This document shows, piece after piece, positions 39,946-50,250 of a stretch of DNA of 64,000 bases. Both the position numbers and the translations under genes were made by a program. How positions within the stretch are numbered: position 1 is the first letter of the stretch; every line of letters begins with the position of its first letter. Origin of the DNA: an uncultured Clostridia bacterium (GTDB taxonomy: Bacteria; Bacillota; Clostridia; Christensenellales; CAMQZB01); NCBI GenBank assembly GCA_947039455.1, contig CAMQZB010000008.1, forward strand, positions 5,991-69,990, written 5' to 3'. The notes below the pieces were generated by a model. It was not told the DNA's origin, did no database searches, and saw only the letters and a list, made by a program, of their open reading frames with translations.

Positions 39946-40148
39946 GTAAGTCACCTCCGAAAAATCCTCTTTAACTAAACTATACTCTATGAGAATAAAC
40001 AATGTCAATAGATTAATAGTTTGAGGGAAAAGTAAAATGGGTTGTAATGTTTTTTTGATGAAAGATTAATATTTTATTTAATGTAAGGTCTTATTGACAA
40101 AAAGCGAAAAATTTGATACAATCATAAGCGAAGTATATGAGGTGAATT

Positions 40149-40907
40149 ATGCCAAGAACAGCAAGACAAGTGAGCGAAACAGGAATTTATTACATTTTTG
40201 CAAATGGAGAATTTTCAAAACCGCTAACAAAAGACAATGAGGATAAAAAACAATTAATCGGTGAAATCTTTTTAGCAAAAAAAGAGTTCGCTTTTCAAGT
40301 GTTTGGTTTTTCAGTAACAAAAAATGAATTGCATCTAATGGTGAGAGAGTCAAATCCCTTGGATATTTCTCAAATCATGAAAACAGTTTTTGGAAAATAT
40401 ACAGCTTATTACAACAGCAAATATAAAATGCGTGGCTCATTGCTTCACGATCGTTTTAAAAGCGTAGCTATGGAGAACATTGATTGGGTTAAAAAATACC
40501 TAAGATATATCCACCAAGCTCCAGTGAAAGTTATGGAACATCCAAACGTTTTTACATATCCATTTAGTTCATACAACGGTTATTTTGCTGAAAAAACTAA
40601 CCTATATATTAATGATGTTTTGAAATCTTTCGATGATGATTTGCAAAAATCTAGAACTAAATATAAAATTTATCATGCGGGAGTGGAGTTAGAAGAGTTG
40701 AAAGGCACTTTTAGACATACATTGACTATGCAGGATTTAGAAGAAATTTTTGTGCATATTTGTGGAATTTCTCTTGAAGAATATTCAACGTATAAACGCC
40801 CAGAAAAATATGAAGTAGCAAGAACTATCAAGAAAAAAGGCAAGCTGTCCTACCGCCAAATGGAAACGCTCCTTGGAATTTCTCGTGGATCGCTAGCAAA
40901 ATTATAA
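40149..40907 (+). CDS. RAYT/Y1_Tnp-like HUH protein with degenerate HUH motif and C-terminal HTH
   Basis: MPRTARQVSETGIY, NELHLM (HUH position), YYNSKYKMRGSLLHDRFKS, RYIHQAP and YPFSSY. Confidence 0.75.
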   Translation: MPRTARQVSETGIYYIFANGEFSKPLTKDNEDKKQLIGEIFLAKKEFAFQVFGFSVTKNELHLMVRESNPLDISQIMKTVFGKYTAYYNSKYKMRGSLLHDRFKSVAMENIDWVKKYLRYIHQAPVKVMEHPNVFTYPFSSYNGYFAEKTNLYINDVLKSFDDDLQKSRTKYKIYHAGVELEELKGTFRHTLTMQDLEEIFVHICGISLEEYSTYKRPEKYEVARTIKKKGKLSYRQMETLLGISRGSLAKL

Positions 40908-41085
40908 GAAGTTTAGATTGTACTTTATTAACGCTGAATGTAAGTGGTTAATAAAATGCAATCTTTTTTTATTTCCCATATATAATGTAAATAGCGAAAT
41001 AATCAAATAAAAACATGCTGAAGTAGTGATAATGTTGATATATGAAAGAAAATAAAATTATTTTAGTAATAGTATAGAAAAACAC

Positions 41086-41114
41086 TTGACGAATTAGTCA
41101 AAATGTATTAGATT
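41086..41114 (+). promoter_or_regulatory. sigma-A promoter of the aro operon leader
   Basis: TTGACG-17 bp-TAGATT. Confidence 0.65.
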
Positions 41115-41123
41115 ATAAGTATT

Positions 41124-41201
41124 ATGAAAACAAAAGCAAATGGTCTACAAGTTTATACATATTATTTTAAGGGTTATTATTTTAATAACTCTATTTTGTA
41201 A
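41124..41201 (+). CDS. Putative attenuation leader peptide MKTKANGLQVYTYYFKGYYFNNSIL
   Basis: 25 codons with 5 Tyr and 2 Phe clustered, just after the promoter and before a terminator preceding aroF. Confidence 0.65.
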   Translation: MKTKANGLQVYTYYFKGYYFNNSIL

Positions 41202-41265
41202 TTAACTTGTTTCATTTGATTTTTAATAACTTTTAATTTTTTAAGGAAAATAAAAAAGATTATTC

Positions 41266-41295
41266 AACCGTCAATGGAAATTGGCGGTTATTTTT
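41266..41295 (+). terminator. Attenuator terminator in the aro operon leader
   Basis: AACCGTCAAT-GGAA-ATTGGCGGTT-ATTTTT. Confidence 0.7.
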
Positions 41296-41342
41296 ATATT
41301 ATCTAAAGAGGTATAGCTGAAAAGCAAAAGGAGAAATTGACT

Positions 41343-42356
41343 ATGATTATAATTATAAGAAACAATTCGGATAGAACGCAAGTTGACAACCTAATTAATT
41401 GGGTAAAGGGGCTAGGTCTTGACGTGCATGACAGCGTAGGTGCAAAAACTACCATTTTAGGGCTCGTTGGAGACACTTCAAAAGTGGACATTGATCTAAT
41501 TAAATCATTGGACATTGTTGAGTCCGTGAAACGTATTCAAGAACCTTACAAAAACGCAAACAGAAAATTCCACCCTGAAGATACTATCGTCAATGTAGCG
41601 GGACATTTATTTGGTGGGGATAATTTCCAAGTAATTGCAGGCCCATGTTCAGTTGAAAGTGAGGCTCAAATAATCGAAGTTGCAAAAGCTGTTAAAGCTA
41701 GTGGGGCTAACTTACTTCGTGGCGGTGCGTTTAAACCAAGAACTTCTCCATATGCTTTCCAAGGTATGAAAGCTGAAGGGTTGGTGTTATTGAAAAAAGC
41801 AAGAGAAGAAACTGGTATGCCAATTTGTACTGAGCTTATGAACATTATGGACATTGATTTGTTCCAAGATGTTGACATGATTCAAATTGGTGCAAGAAAT
41901 ATGCAAAACTTCGATTTGTTGAAAGAAGTTGGAAAATTAAGAGTGCCAATTTTGCTAAAACGAGGACTTGCAAATACTATTCAAGAATGGTTGATGAGTG
42001 CTGAGTATATTATGTCAGAAGGAAATCAAAACATAATTTTGTGTGAGCGTGGGATCAGAACATTTGAACCAGCAACAAGAAACACACTAGATTTATCAGC
42101 AATTCCAATAGTGAAACAACTTACTCACTTGCCAATAATCGTTGATCCAAGTCACGCATCAGGAATTTCCGAGTTGGTACTTCCAATGTCACTAGCTTCA
42201 GTTGGTGCAGGAGCAGACGGACTTATGATTGAAGTGCACAACGATCCAACTAAAGCACTTTGTGACGGTGCGCAATCACTTCGACCTAATATGTTTGAAG
42301 ATGTAATGAGAAAAGTGGAAAGAATGTTGCCACTTGTGAATAAAGTTATTAGATAA
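41343..42356 (+). CDS. aroF: DAHP synthase (type I-beta with N-terminal regulatory domain)
   Basis: IAGPCSVE, GGAFKPRTSPY, QIGARNMQN, CERGIRTF and DPSHA motifs. Confidence 0.95.
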   Translation: MIIIIRNNSDRTQVDNLINWVKGLGLDVHDSVGAKTTILGLVGDTSKVDIDLIKSLDIVESVKRIQEPYKNANRKFHPEDTIVNVAGHLFGGDNFQVIAGPCSVESEAQIIEVAKAVKASGANLLRGGAFKPRTSPYAFQGMKAEGLVLLKKAREETGMPICTELMNIMDIDLFQDVDMIQIGARNMQNFDLLKEVGKLRVPILLKRGLANTIQEWLMSAEYIMSEGNQNIILCERGIRTFEPATRNTLDLSAIPIVKQLTHLPIIVDPSHASGISELVLPMSLASVGAGADGLMIEVHNDPTKALCDGAQSLRPNMFEDVMRKVERMLPLVNKVIR

Positions 42357-42392
42357 ATATTTTATTAATTAAGATAAAAGAGGGTAAATATT

Positions 42393-43247
42393 ATGAAAAT
42401 CGGAATAGTTGGACTAGGGCTCATTGGTGGTTCTATGGGAAGGGCAATCTTGAAAAAAACTGCCCACAGCGTTTATGGATACGACAATAATAAAGAAGTT
42501 TGCGAAATGGCAAAAGCTATCTATGCAATGAATTATCAGTTGTTAAATGAGAATATCAATGAAATTGATGTGCTTTTTATTGCATTATATCCAAGTGCTG
42601 TTGCTGACTATTTGGCGGAGTATTGTCCTAAATTAAAAGATGGTGCAATAATTGTTGATTTATGTGGGAATAAAAGAAAGGTTTGTGCGATTATGGAAAG
42701 TTACGGAAAAAAGTTTCCAAAACTTAATTTCATAGGCGGACACCCAATGGCAGGGCGAGAATTTGTTGGATTGAAACATTCAAAAGCAACGCTGTTTGAA
42801 AAAGCGTCAATGATTCTTGTGAACATAAATGCAAAGATCGAAAAAGCATTAATGATTAAAGAATTAGCAACAGAACTTGGTTTTTCACGAGTGGTAATCA
42901 CCACAGCGGAACACCACGACAAAGTCATCGCATACACTTCACAGCTTGCACACATCGTGTCATCGTCATATATAAACAACGAAACTAGTTCGGAATTTCT
43001 TGGATTTTCAGCAGGTAGTTTCAGAGATATGACAAGAGTAGCGAGAATGTCTAGCGAAATGTGGACGGAGCTTGTACAAGAAAATAAAGACAATGTAATC
43101 AGTGAAATCGATAATTTTATTAGCACAATGAACCAGTTTAAACAATCATTAATTGACAGCGACTTTTCTAAAACTAGAGAGTTGTTCGAGAGTGGAAACA
43201 AGAAGAAACTAGAAGCGGAGAAAAAGAAAAATTTAGCAGTGGAGTAA
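42393..43247 (+). CDS. tyrA: Prephenate dehydrogenase
   Basis: GLGLIGGS, GGHPMAG, HDKVIAYTSQLAH and GSFRDMTRVA motifs. Confidence 0.92.
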   Translation: MKIGIVGLGLIGGSMGRAILKKTAHSVYGYDNNKEVCEMAKAIYAMNYQLLNENINEIDVLFIALYPSAVADYLAEYCPKLKDGAIIVDLCGNKRKVCAIMESYGKKFPKLNFIGGHPMAGREFVGLKHSKATLFEKASMILVNINAKIEKALMIKELATELGFSRVVITTAEHHDKVIAYTSQLAHIVSSSYINNETSSEFLGFSAGSFRDMTRVARMSSEMWTELVQENKDNVISEIDNFISTMNQFKQSLIDSDFSKTRELFESGNKKKLEAEKKKNLAVE

Positions 43248-43254
43248 TATTTAT

Positions 43255-44298
43255 ATGGAAATCATAAAAGTGAAATCATCAAAAAATTATTCAATATATG
43301 TTGGAAACAACATCATTTGCACCGTTGGGACATATCTTTCACAACTAAAACCGCTTTGCAAAGTACTTGTAGTTACCGATGATGTTGTTGATAAGTTGTA
43401 TTTTGATAAGATAAAAAGATCACTAACAGATTGTGGATATACAGTTGAAAAATTTGTTTTTCCTAATGGAGAAAACAGCAAATCATTAGAAACTTACGGC
43501 GAAATTTTAGATAAACTAGCGGAAAAGTCTTTCACAAGAACTGATGTGATAGTAGCGCTTGGTGGCGGAGTTGTAGGTGATCTAGCTGGTTTTGTTGCTT
43601 CAAGCTATATGCGTGGCATTGATTTTGTGCAAGTTCCAACAACTATTTTATCTCAAATTGATTCTTCAGTAGGTGGAAAAACCGCGGTGAATTTACCTAT
43701 GGGAAAAAATTTAGTAGGAGCATTCTATCAACCAATTTTTGTTCTCTGCGACATTGAAACTACTAAAACTCTAACGGAAGAAATCTTCAACGATGGCATG
43801 GGAGAAATGTCAAAATACGGAGTTTTGATTGGTGAAAATTTCGCTGAACTATTAGAGCAAGATAATTTAAAAGAAAATTTATTTCAATTAATTGTGAAAT
43901 GTATTGAGTATAAGAGAGACGTTGTGGAGCGTGATGAGTTTGAGAGTGGGGAGCGAAAACTTCTAAATCTTGGGCATACAGTTGCACACGGAATTGAAAA
44001 GTTAAGCAATTACACAATCTCACACGGAAAAGCTGTGGGAATGGGTATGAAAATAATCATTTCAGCTTGTTACAAAAATCATTTAATTTCTAAAGATGAA
44101 TTTCAAAGAATGAATGGACTTTTAAATTTATGTAATCAAAGGTCAAACTGTCCTTTTACAATTTTCGAATTAGTGGAAACGTTTACTCTTGATAAAAAAT
44201 GTACAGGGGATACAATCACATTAATTCTTACGGAAGGTATAGGAAAGTGCGTTTTAAAGAAAGTTAAAATAGAAGATGTTTTGGAGATATTGTCATGA
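43255..44298 (+). CDS. aroB: 3-dehydroquinate synthase
   Basis: ALGGGVVGDLAGF, DSSVGGKT and LNLGHT motifs. Confidence 0.95.
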   Translation: MEIIKVKSSKNYSIYVGNNIICTVGTYLSQLKPLCKVLVVTDDVVDKLYFDKIKRSLTDCGYTVEKFVFPNGENSKSLETYGEILDKLAEKSFTRTDVIVALGGGVVGDLAGFVASSYMRGIDFVQVPTTILSQIDSSVGGKTAVNLPMGKNLVGAFYQPIFVLCDIETTKTLTEEIFNDGMGEMSKYGVLIGENFAELLEQDNLKENLFQLIVKCIEYKRDVVERDEFESGERKLLNLGHTVAHGIEKLSNYTISHGKAVGMGMKIIISACYKNHLISKDEFQRMNGLLNLCNQRSNCPFTIFELVETFTLDKKCTGDTITLILTEGIGKCVLKKVKIEDVLEILS

Positions 44299-45533
44299 TA
44301 GTAAATATTGAAAAATCACAACTAAATGGTGAAGTTCCTGCAATAGCAAGCAAAAGTTTCGCACACAGAATACTAATTGCAAGCGGACTTTCTAATGTTG
44401 AAACAAAAATAAAAGGACTATATCCCTCAAAAGACATTTTGGCAACAATACAATCAATGTCAGCGCTTGGTGCATCATATAAAGGTAGTTTGGCTGTGAA
44501 TAATCAGGTTGTGCACAAGGCAAATTTAATGGTTGGTGAAAGTGGATCAACATTGCGTTTTTTAATACCAATAGTTTCCGCAATTGGTGGCGAATTTGAT
44601 TTTATATGTAAAGGAAGATTAGCGGAACGAACTAATGATGAGTTGATTCGTGTGCTATCTGAAAGAGGCGTAACAGTAGAAAACCATGTGGATAAAATCA
44701 CAGTTTGTGGAAAACTACAATCTGGGGAATACAAAATACGTGGCGATGTGAGTTCTCAATACATAACAGGCTTGCTTATGGCACTACCACTAGTTGATGG
44801 CAACAGCGAAATCATACTTTCAACCCCATTATCTTCAAGTGGATATGTGGATATTACACTAAATATTTTAAACAAATTCGGCATAAAAATCGAAACTACT
44901 AACTGTGGATTTAAAATAAAAGGCGGTCAAAAGTATATTAGTTGCGGTGAAATAGAAATCGAAGGAGATTGGAGCAACAGCGGTTTTTTCTTAACATACG
45001 GAGTTATCAACGGTGGGGTTACGGTGTATGGGTTAAATGAAAATTCTATTCAAGGTGATAAAAAGATTATTGAAATCTTACAACAAATGGGCGGAAAATT
45101 TGAATTTTCTGAAGGTAATATTATTTGTCACAAAAGTGAATTGAACGCTATAGAAATTGACGTTGACGGCATTCCTGATGCGGTTCCTGTTCTTGCAATC
45201 GCAATGGCTACAGCTACAGGAAAAAGCGTTTTACATAATGTAGCAAGACTGAAAATTAAAGAAAGTGACCGAGTTGCTACGGTGATTGAGATGTTGACAA
45301 ACTTGGGCATAACTGCAAAAGAAGTGGATAACTCAATTGAAATTATGGGCGGAAAGTTGCAACATGGTGAAGTTAATTCTCACAACGACCATAGAATCGC
45401 TATGGCAGCAGCCATTGGTGGATTAATTGGTGTTGGGGCAAGGATTATTGACGGGGAAGCTGTGGAAAAGTCATACCCTTCTTTCTTTGAAGATGTAGAT
45501 GATTTAGGAGGAAAACTCAATGTCGAAATATAA
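44295..45533 (+). CDS. aroA: EPSP synthase
   Basis: SKSFAHR, GESGSTLRF, SSQY, KESDR and HNDHRIAM motifs. Confidence 0.95.
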   Translation: MIVNIEKSQLNGEVPAIASKSFAHRILIASGLSNVETKIKGLYPSKDILATIQSMSALGASYKGSLAVNNQVVHKANLMVGESGSTLRFLIPIVSAIGGEFDFICKGRLAERTNDELIRVLSERGVTVENHVDKITVCGKLQSGEYKIRGDVSSQYITGLLMALPLVDGNSEIILSTPLSSSGYVDITLNILNKFGIKIETTNCGFKIKGGQKYISCGEIEIEGDWSNSGFFLTYGVINGGVTVYGLNENSIQGDKKIIEILQQMGGKFEFSEGNIICHKSELNAIEIDVDGIPDAVPVLAIAMATATGKSVLHNVARLKIKESDRVATVIEMLTNLGITAKEVDNSIEIMGGKLQHGEVNSHNDHRIAMAAAIGGLIGVGARIIDGEAVEKSYPSFFEDVDDLGGKLNVEI

Positions 45534-46590
45534 TGGAAATAAATTATCAATTGAAATTCTAGGTGCTTCTCACAGCGAAGAAATTTCTTTGAGAATCAGC
45601 GGAATTGCTGTTGGAGAAAAAATAGATGTTGACAGTGTTCAAAAGTTTTGCAATAGAAGAAGTGCGAAAAAAACAAATTATTCCACTTCAAGAATAGAAG
45701 CGGATTTGATTTGTTGGGAAAAAGGTATTGAAAATAACATAGTTAATGGTGAAATTTTCGCTACTATAAAGAATACAAATAAAAGAAGCGGTGATTACGA
45801 TAATTTGAAAAATATTCCGCGTCCGTCTCATGCTGATTATGTGGCAAGAGAAAAATACGGCGATGATTACGATTTTCGTGGCGGTGGACATTTCTCAGGA
45901 AGAATGACAGCACCAATGTGTATTGCAGGTGGAATTGCAAAAGAAATTTTGAAAAAACACGGTATAGAAATTCACGGATATATTAGATCTATCGGCACAG
46001 TTTCAGGTCAATCTTATAAAGGAAAAAACATTTCAGAACTGAATTTTCCTAATGAAGAAGACTTATTTCCACTTTTAGACAGCGGAGACTATGAAAAAAT
46101 GAATGAAGAAATAGCGAAAGTGAAAGGTTGTGGAAACAGTATTGGCGGAGTGATTGAATGTGTAGCTACTGGAATTCCCTGCGGATTAGCAGACTATATG
46201 TTTGACAGCATGGAAGGAAAAATTGCACAGTTAATGATGGCAGTTCCTGCTGTGAAAGGTATTGAGTTCGGCACAGGATTTGACATTACAACAATGACAG
46301 GCTACGACGCAAACGATAATATGCAGTTTGAAAACGGACAAGTTGTTACAAAAACCAACCACAACGGCGGAATACTTGGTGGAATTACAACAGGCATGCC
46401 AATAACGCTATCAGTTGCAATTAAGCCAACTCCATCAATTTCTATGGAGCAAGACAGCGTAAATCTTGAAACTAGAGAGAATGTAAAACTGAAAATAGTT
46501 GGTAGACACGACGCGTGCATTGTGCCACGAGCTGTTCCTGTGGTGGAAGCAATTGTTGCCATAGGATTGCTTGATAGTTTAGAAATATAG
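45520..46590 (+). CDS. aroC: Chorismate synthase
   Basis: PRPSHAD, RGGGHFSGR, NHNGGILGG, KPTPSI and GRHDAC motifs. Confidence 0.95.
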   Translation: MSKYNGNKLSIEILGASHSEEISLRISGIAVGEKIDVDSVQKFCNRRSAKKTNYSTSRIEADLICWEKGIENNIVNGEIFATIKNTNKRSGDYDNLKNIPRPSHADYVAREKYGDDYDFRGGGHFSGRMTAPMCIAGGIAKEILKKHGIEIHGYIRSIGTVSGQSYKGKNISELNFPNEEDLFPLLDSGDYEKMNEEIAKVKGCGNSIGGVIECVATGIPCGLADYMFDSMEGKIAQLMMAVPAVKGIEFGTGFDITTMTGYDANDNMQFENGQVVTKTNHNGGILGGITTGMPITLSVAIKPTPSISMEQDSVNLETRENVKLKIVGRHDACIVPRAVPVVEAIVAIGLLDSLEI

Positions 46591-46674
46591 AATAAGCAAA
46601 GTGAAATTTAGAAAAATAAAAAAACACTTGTAAAATTTAAAATTTATGATATAATTAAAGAGAGGGTGAATATT

Positions 46675-47823
46675 ATGGGATTGCAAGAATTAAGGAGTAA
46701 AATTGATAGCATTGACAACAAAATTGTGGATTTGTATATCAATAGAATGGAAGTTGTAAAAGCAGTTGGACAGCACAAGAAAGACGTTGTGATGCCAGTT
46801 AATCAAGGTGACAGGGAGCAAGAAATTCTTTTCCGTGTCACAGAAAATATTTCAGAAGACTTGCAAGGATACACAAAAGAGCTTTTTACTACATTGTTTG
46901 AAACTAGTAAAGCGTATCAAAAAACCAATACAGTTTTAAACTCAAAGGCCGTTGAAGTAATAAAAACAGCATTGAGCGGTGGCGTAAATTCTTTCCCAAT
47001 GCGTGGAACAATAGCATGCCAAGGTGTTTCTGGGTCATACTCAAGTATCGCCACAAAAAAATTGTTCGAAATTCCGAATATTATGTATTTCAAAAGTTTT
47101 GGAGCAGTTTTCCAAGCAGTTGAATTAGGGTTTTGCGAATATGGAATGTTGCCTATCGAAAATAGTTCGGTGGGATCAGTGAATGCGGTCTATGATTTAA
47201 TGCGTGAGCATAAATTTTATATTGTAAAGAGTATTTCAATTCCTGTTACCCATAATTTATTAACAAAAAAAGGCGTTGCGAAAAATCAAATAAAAGAAAT
47301 TGTCTCTCATGAACAAGCGCTTAATCAATGTAGAAAATATCTTGAAAACAATTTCAAAGATGTGAAGATTACTGTTTGTGAAAACACCGCTAAGGCAGCG
47401 GAAATGGTTGCTAGTAGTGATAGAACTGATTTAGCGTCTATTTCTTCAAAGGAATGTCAAGAAATTTTTGGGCTTGAAGCTAATGATAAAAATATTCAAG
47501 ATTACGATAATAATTATACAAGATTTATTTGCATTTCCAAGAAGTTTACTGCTTACGAAAATGCGGATAAAATAAGTTTTATGTCAACACTTCCACACAT
47601 ACCAGGAAGTTTGAACAAGTTTTTGACTAAATTCTCTATGCAAAATCTAAATTTAACGAAAATGGAATCAAGACCACTTGATGGGACTATGAACAAATTT
47701 GTTTTCTATTTTGATTTTATTGGTGATATTAGTGATATAAAAATACAAAATCTAATTGCGGAATCGGAAAATAATAATGATATTTTTGAATTCCTAGGCA
47801 GTTACTCGGAGGTTATGGCATGA
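46675..47823 (+). CDS. pheA: Chorismate mutase/prephenate dehydratase
   Basis: LRSKIDSID AroQ domain, PIENS, SHEQAL, NYTRF and LTKMESRP motifs. Confidence 0.92.
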   Translation: MGLQELRSKIDSIDNKIVDLYINRMEVVKAVGQHKKDVVMPVNQGDREQEILFRVTENISEDLQGYTKELFTTLFETSKAYQKTNTVLNSKAVEVIKTALSGGVNSFPMRGTIACQGVSGSYSSIATKKLFEIPNIMYFKSFGAVFQAVELGFCEYGMLPIENSSVGSVNAVYDLMREHKFYIVKSISIPVTHNLLTKKGVAKNQIKEIVSHEQALNQCRKYLENNFKDVKITVCENTAKAAEMVASSDRTDLASISSKECQEIFGLEANDKNIQDYDNNYTRFICISKKFTAYENADKISFMSTLPHIPGSLNKFLTKFSMQNLNLTKMESRPLDGTMNKFVFYFDFIGDISDIKIQNLIAESENNNDIFEFLGSYSEVMA

Positions 47824-49064
47824 AAAAATTTCAACTAATTGGAGAAAAACTTGCACACAGTTTCTCAAAAGACATTCACAGCGCTTTTGGTGATTACTGT
47901 TACGATTTAAAGGAACTTGATAGAAGTGAGCTTGAAGGGTTCGTGAAAACTTGTGAACTTGACGGATTTAATGTTACAATTCCCTATAAATCAGTAATTA
48001 TTCCGTACCTTGATGAGCTTGATGCTGTGGCGAAAGAAGTTGGAGCGGTGAATACTGTTGTAATGAAAGCAGGGCAAAAAATTGGATATAATACCGATGT
48101 TTTAGGTTTTGAATACCTTCTTGATCACGCAAAAATTGAAGTTGCTGGAAAGAAAATAATAATTCTTGGTAGCGGTGGAACAAGTCATACTGTTGAATGG
48201 GTGCTTAAAAAACGCAATGCAAGTCAAATCACTATAGTGTCAAGAACTGGCGAAGTGAACTACAGCAACATTGGCGAATACAATGATTGCGACGTGATTA
48301 TTAACACAACCCCTTGTGGAATGTATCCTAATAATTACGAAAATCTAATCGACCTTTCCGACTTCTACAAAGTGGAAAGCGTTGTTGATGTGATTTGTAA
48401 TCCTATTATGACAAAACTTCTTTTTGAAGCAAAAAAGAGAAAAATAAACTACACAAACGGCTTGCCAATGCTAGTTGCTCAAGCAAAATTTGCTCGTGAT
48501 ATTTACATGGGTGATGTAGCTGATAATTCTATTATAGATAAAATATTAATAGAAATGCGTTCAAAACTTGCGAACATCGTACTAATCGGTATGCCTGGAA
48601 GTGGAAAAACTTCTGTAGGTGAAGAAATTGCTAAGATGTTAGGTCGTCCGTTCTTTGATATGGATGCTGAAATTGTTGAGAAAGAAGGTATGTCTATTAT
48701 GAATATCTTTGGGAAAAAAGGCGAAAATTTCTTTAGAGCTGCGGAACATCAAATGATGGTTGAACTTGGCTTGAAAAACAGCTGTGTAATAGCTACAGGC
48801 GGTGGTATTGTAAAAACTGACGGAAATGATTTTGCTATGCAACAAAATAGTTTTGTTGTGTATATCGATAGAGATTTGGAGAACTTAGCAAGAGAGGATC
48901 GCCCTCTTTCAAAAGACAAAAACGCACTAGTAGAAATTTTCAAAGAACGTGGTTCAAAGTACCACACTTGGAGTGATTTCGTTGTGTCTAACAATAAATC
49001 TATTGACGCTTGTTTAAAGAAAATTTTGGAGAAATACGATGTCTGTATCAGAGAAATTAAATAA
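47820..49064 (+). CDS. Shikimate dehydrogenase-shikimate kinase fusion (AroE-AroK)
   Basis: HSFS, NVTIPYK, GYNTD; then LIGMPGSGKT and ATGGG. Confidence 0.92.
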   Translation: MKKFQLIGEKLAHSFSKDIHSAFGDYCYDLKELDRSELEGFVKTCELDGFNVTIPYKSVIIPYLDELDAVAKEVGAVNTVVMKAGQKIGYNTDVLGFEYLLDHAKIEVAGKKIIILGSGGTSHTVEWVLKKRNASQITIVSRTGEVNYSNIGEYNDCDVIINTTPCGMYPNNYENLIDLSDFYKVESVVDVICNPIMTKLLFEAKKRKINYTNGLPMLVAQAKFARDIYMGDVADNSIIDKILIEMRSKLANIVLIGMPGSGKTSVGEEIAKMLGRPFFDMDAEIVEKEGMSIMNIFGKKGENFFRAAEHQMMVELGLKNSCVIATGGGIVKTDGNDFAMQQNSFVVYIDRDLENLAREDRPLSKDKNALVEIFKERGSKYHTWSDFVVSNNKSIDACLKKILEKYDVCIREIK

Positions 49065-50250
49065 TAAATCACTTGGTTTAGGAAGTAAAAAATCTGCAAT
49101 AAGAGAGATTTTCGAATATTCAAAACTGAGAAAAGAAGAAATCGGAGCGGAAAACGTCTTCGATTTCTCTTTAGGGAACCCTAGCGTTTCACCGCCAAAA
49201 GAAGTAGCGGAAAAAATCATAGAACTAGTTTCAGCGGACAATCAAGCCCAATTACAAGGATACACATCCGCACAAGGGGATATCTCAGCAAGAAATGCCA
49301 TAGGGACACACTTAACCAGTCTTTCAAAGGGTGAAACGCAAATAACAGGTGATAATATATATTTCACTTGTGGCGCTGCTGCGTCACTTTGTATTTCCCT
49401 AAAAGCGATTTTGTGGGAAAATCAAAAAGACGAAGTAATAATTGTTGCACCATACTTTACGGAATATACCGTGTTTATTGAAAGCATGGGCGGACGTCCT
49501 GTAGTGGTTCAATCAATGAAAGACACCTTTAAAATTGATATCAACGCTATTGCAAACGCAATAACAAAAAATACAAAAGCGGTAATGATAAACTATCCAA
49601 ACAACCCAAGTGGCGTAACAATCACAAGCCGTGAACTAGCGGAACTATCCGAAATGCTAATATTAAAATCCGCTGAATTTGGACAGATAATTTATCTAAT
49701 TTCCGACGAGCCATACCGTGAAATTAACTTTACCAACGAGAAATCACCACTAGTGTTTGACTATTACAAAAACAGTATTTTGTGCTATTCATACTCAAAG
49801 TCGTTATCGCTAGCGGGTGCACGAATCGGTTACATCGCAATATCGCCAAAGGCAAAAGTAAGCAAGGATTTATACCTTGCGATATGCGGTTCTGGTCGCA
49901 GTCTAGGCTATGTTTGTGCCCCAAGTTTATTCCAAAGGGTAGTTGCCGACCTATCTGGTCTTACCGTAGATATCAACATATACAAAGAAAACGCTGCCCT
50001 AATATACAAAACCCTAACATCTTACGGTTTTGAACTAATCACGCCCCAAGGCGCGTTCTACATCTTAATAAAAGCGGAAGCAAATACCGCCCAAGAATTC
50101 TGCAACATCGCAAAGCAATTTGAAATACTATTAGTTCCAACCGACGATTTCGGTGTTCACGGTTACGTGCGTTTAGCATACTGCAAAACGCGCCAAGAAA
50201 TTATAAATTCTTTCTCTGCGTTTAAGCGTTTAAGTGAATTTTTGTTTTGA
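49039..50250 (+). CDS. Class I/II PLP-dependent aminotransferase
   Basis: DFSLGNP, NYPNNPSG, SDEPYRE and SYSKSLSLAGARIG motifs. Confidence 0.92.
   Translation: MSVSEKLNNKSLGLGSKKSAIREIFEYSKLRKEEIGAENVFDFSLGNPSVSPPKEVAEKIIELVSADNQAQLQGYTSAQGDISARNAIGTHLTSLSKGETQITGDNIYFTCGAAASLCISLKAILWENQKDEVIIVAPYFTEYTVFIESMGGRPVVVQSMKDTFKIDINAIANAITKNTKAVMINYPNNPSGVTITSRELAELSEMLILKSAEFGQIIYLISDEPYREINFTNEKSPLVFDYYKNSILCYSYSKSLSLAGARIGYIAISPKAKVSKDLYLAICGSGRSLGYVCAPSLFQRVVADLSGLTVDINIYKENAALIYKTLTSYGFELITPQGAFYILIKAEANTAQEFCNIAKQFEILLVPTDDFGVHGYVRLAYCKTRQEIINSFSAFKRLSEFLF

Noticed and set aside
40149-40907. Active IS200/IS605 insertion sequence
   Set aside because: No tnpB, no subterminal hairpins recognised, and the HUH motif is altered
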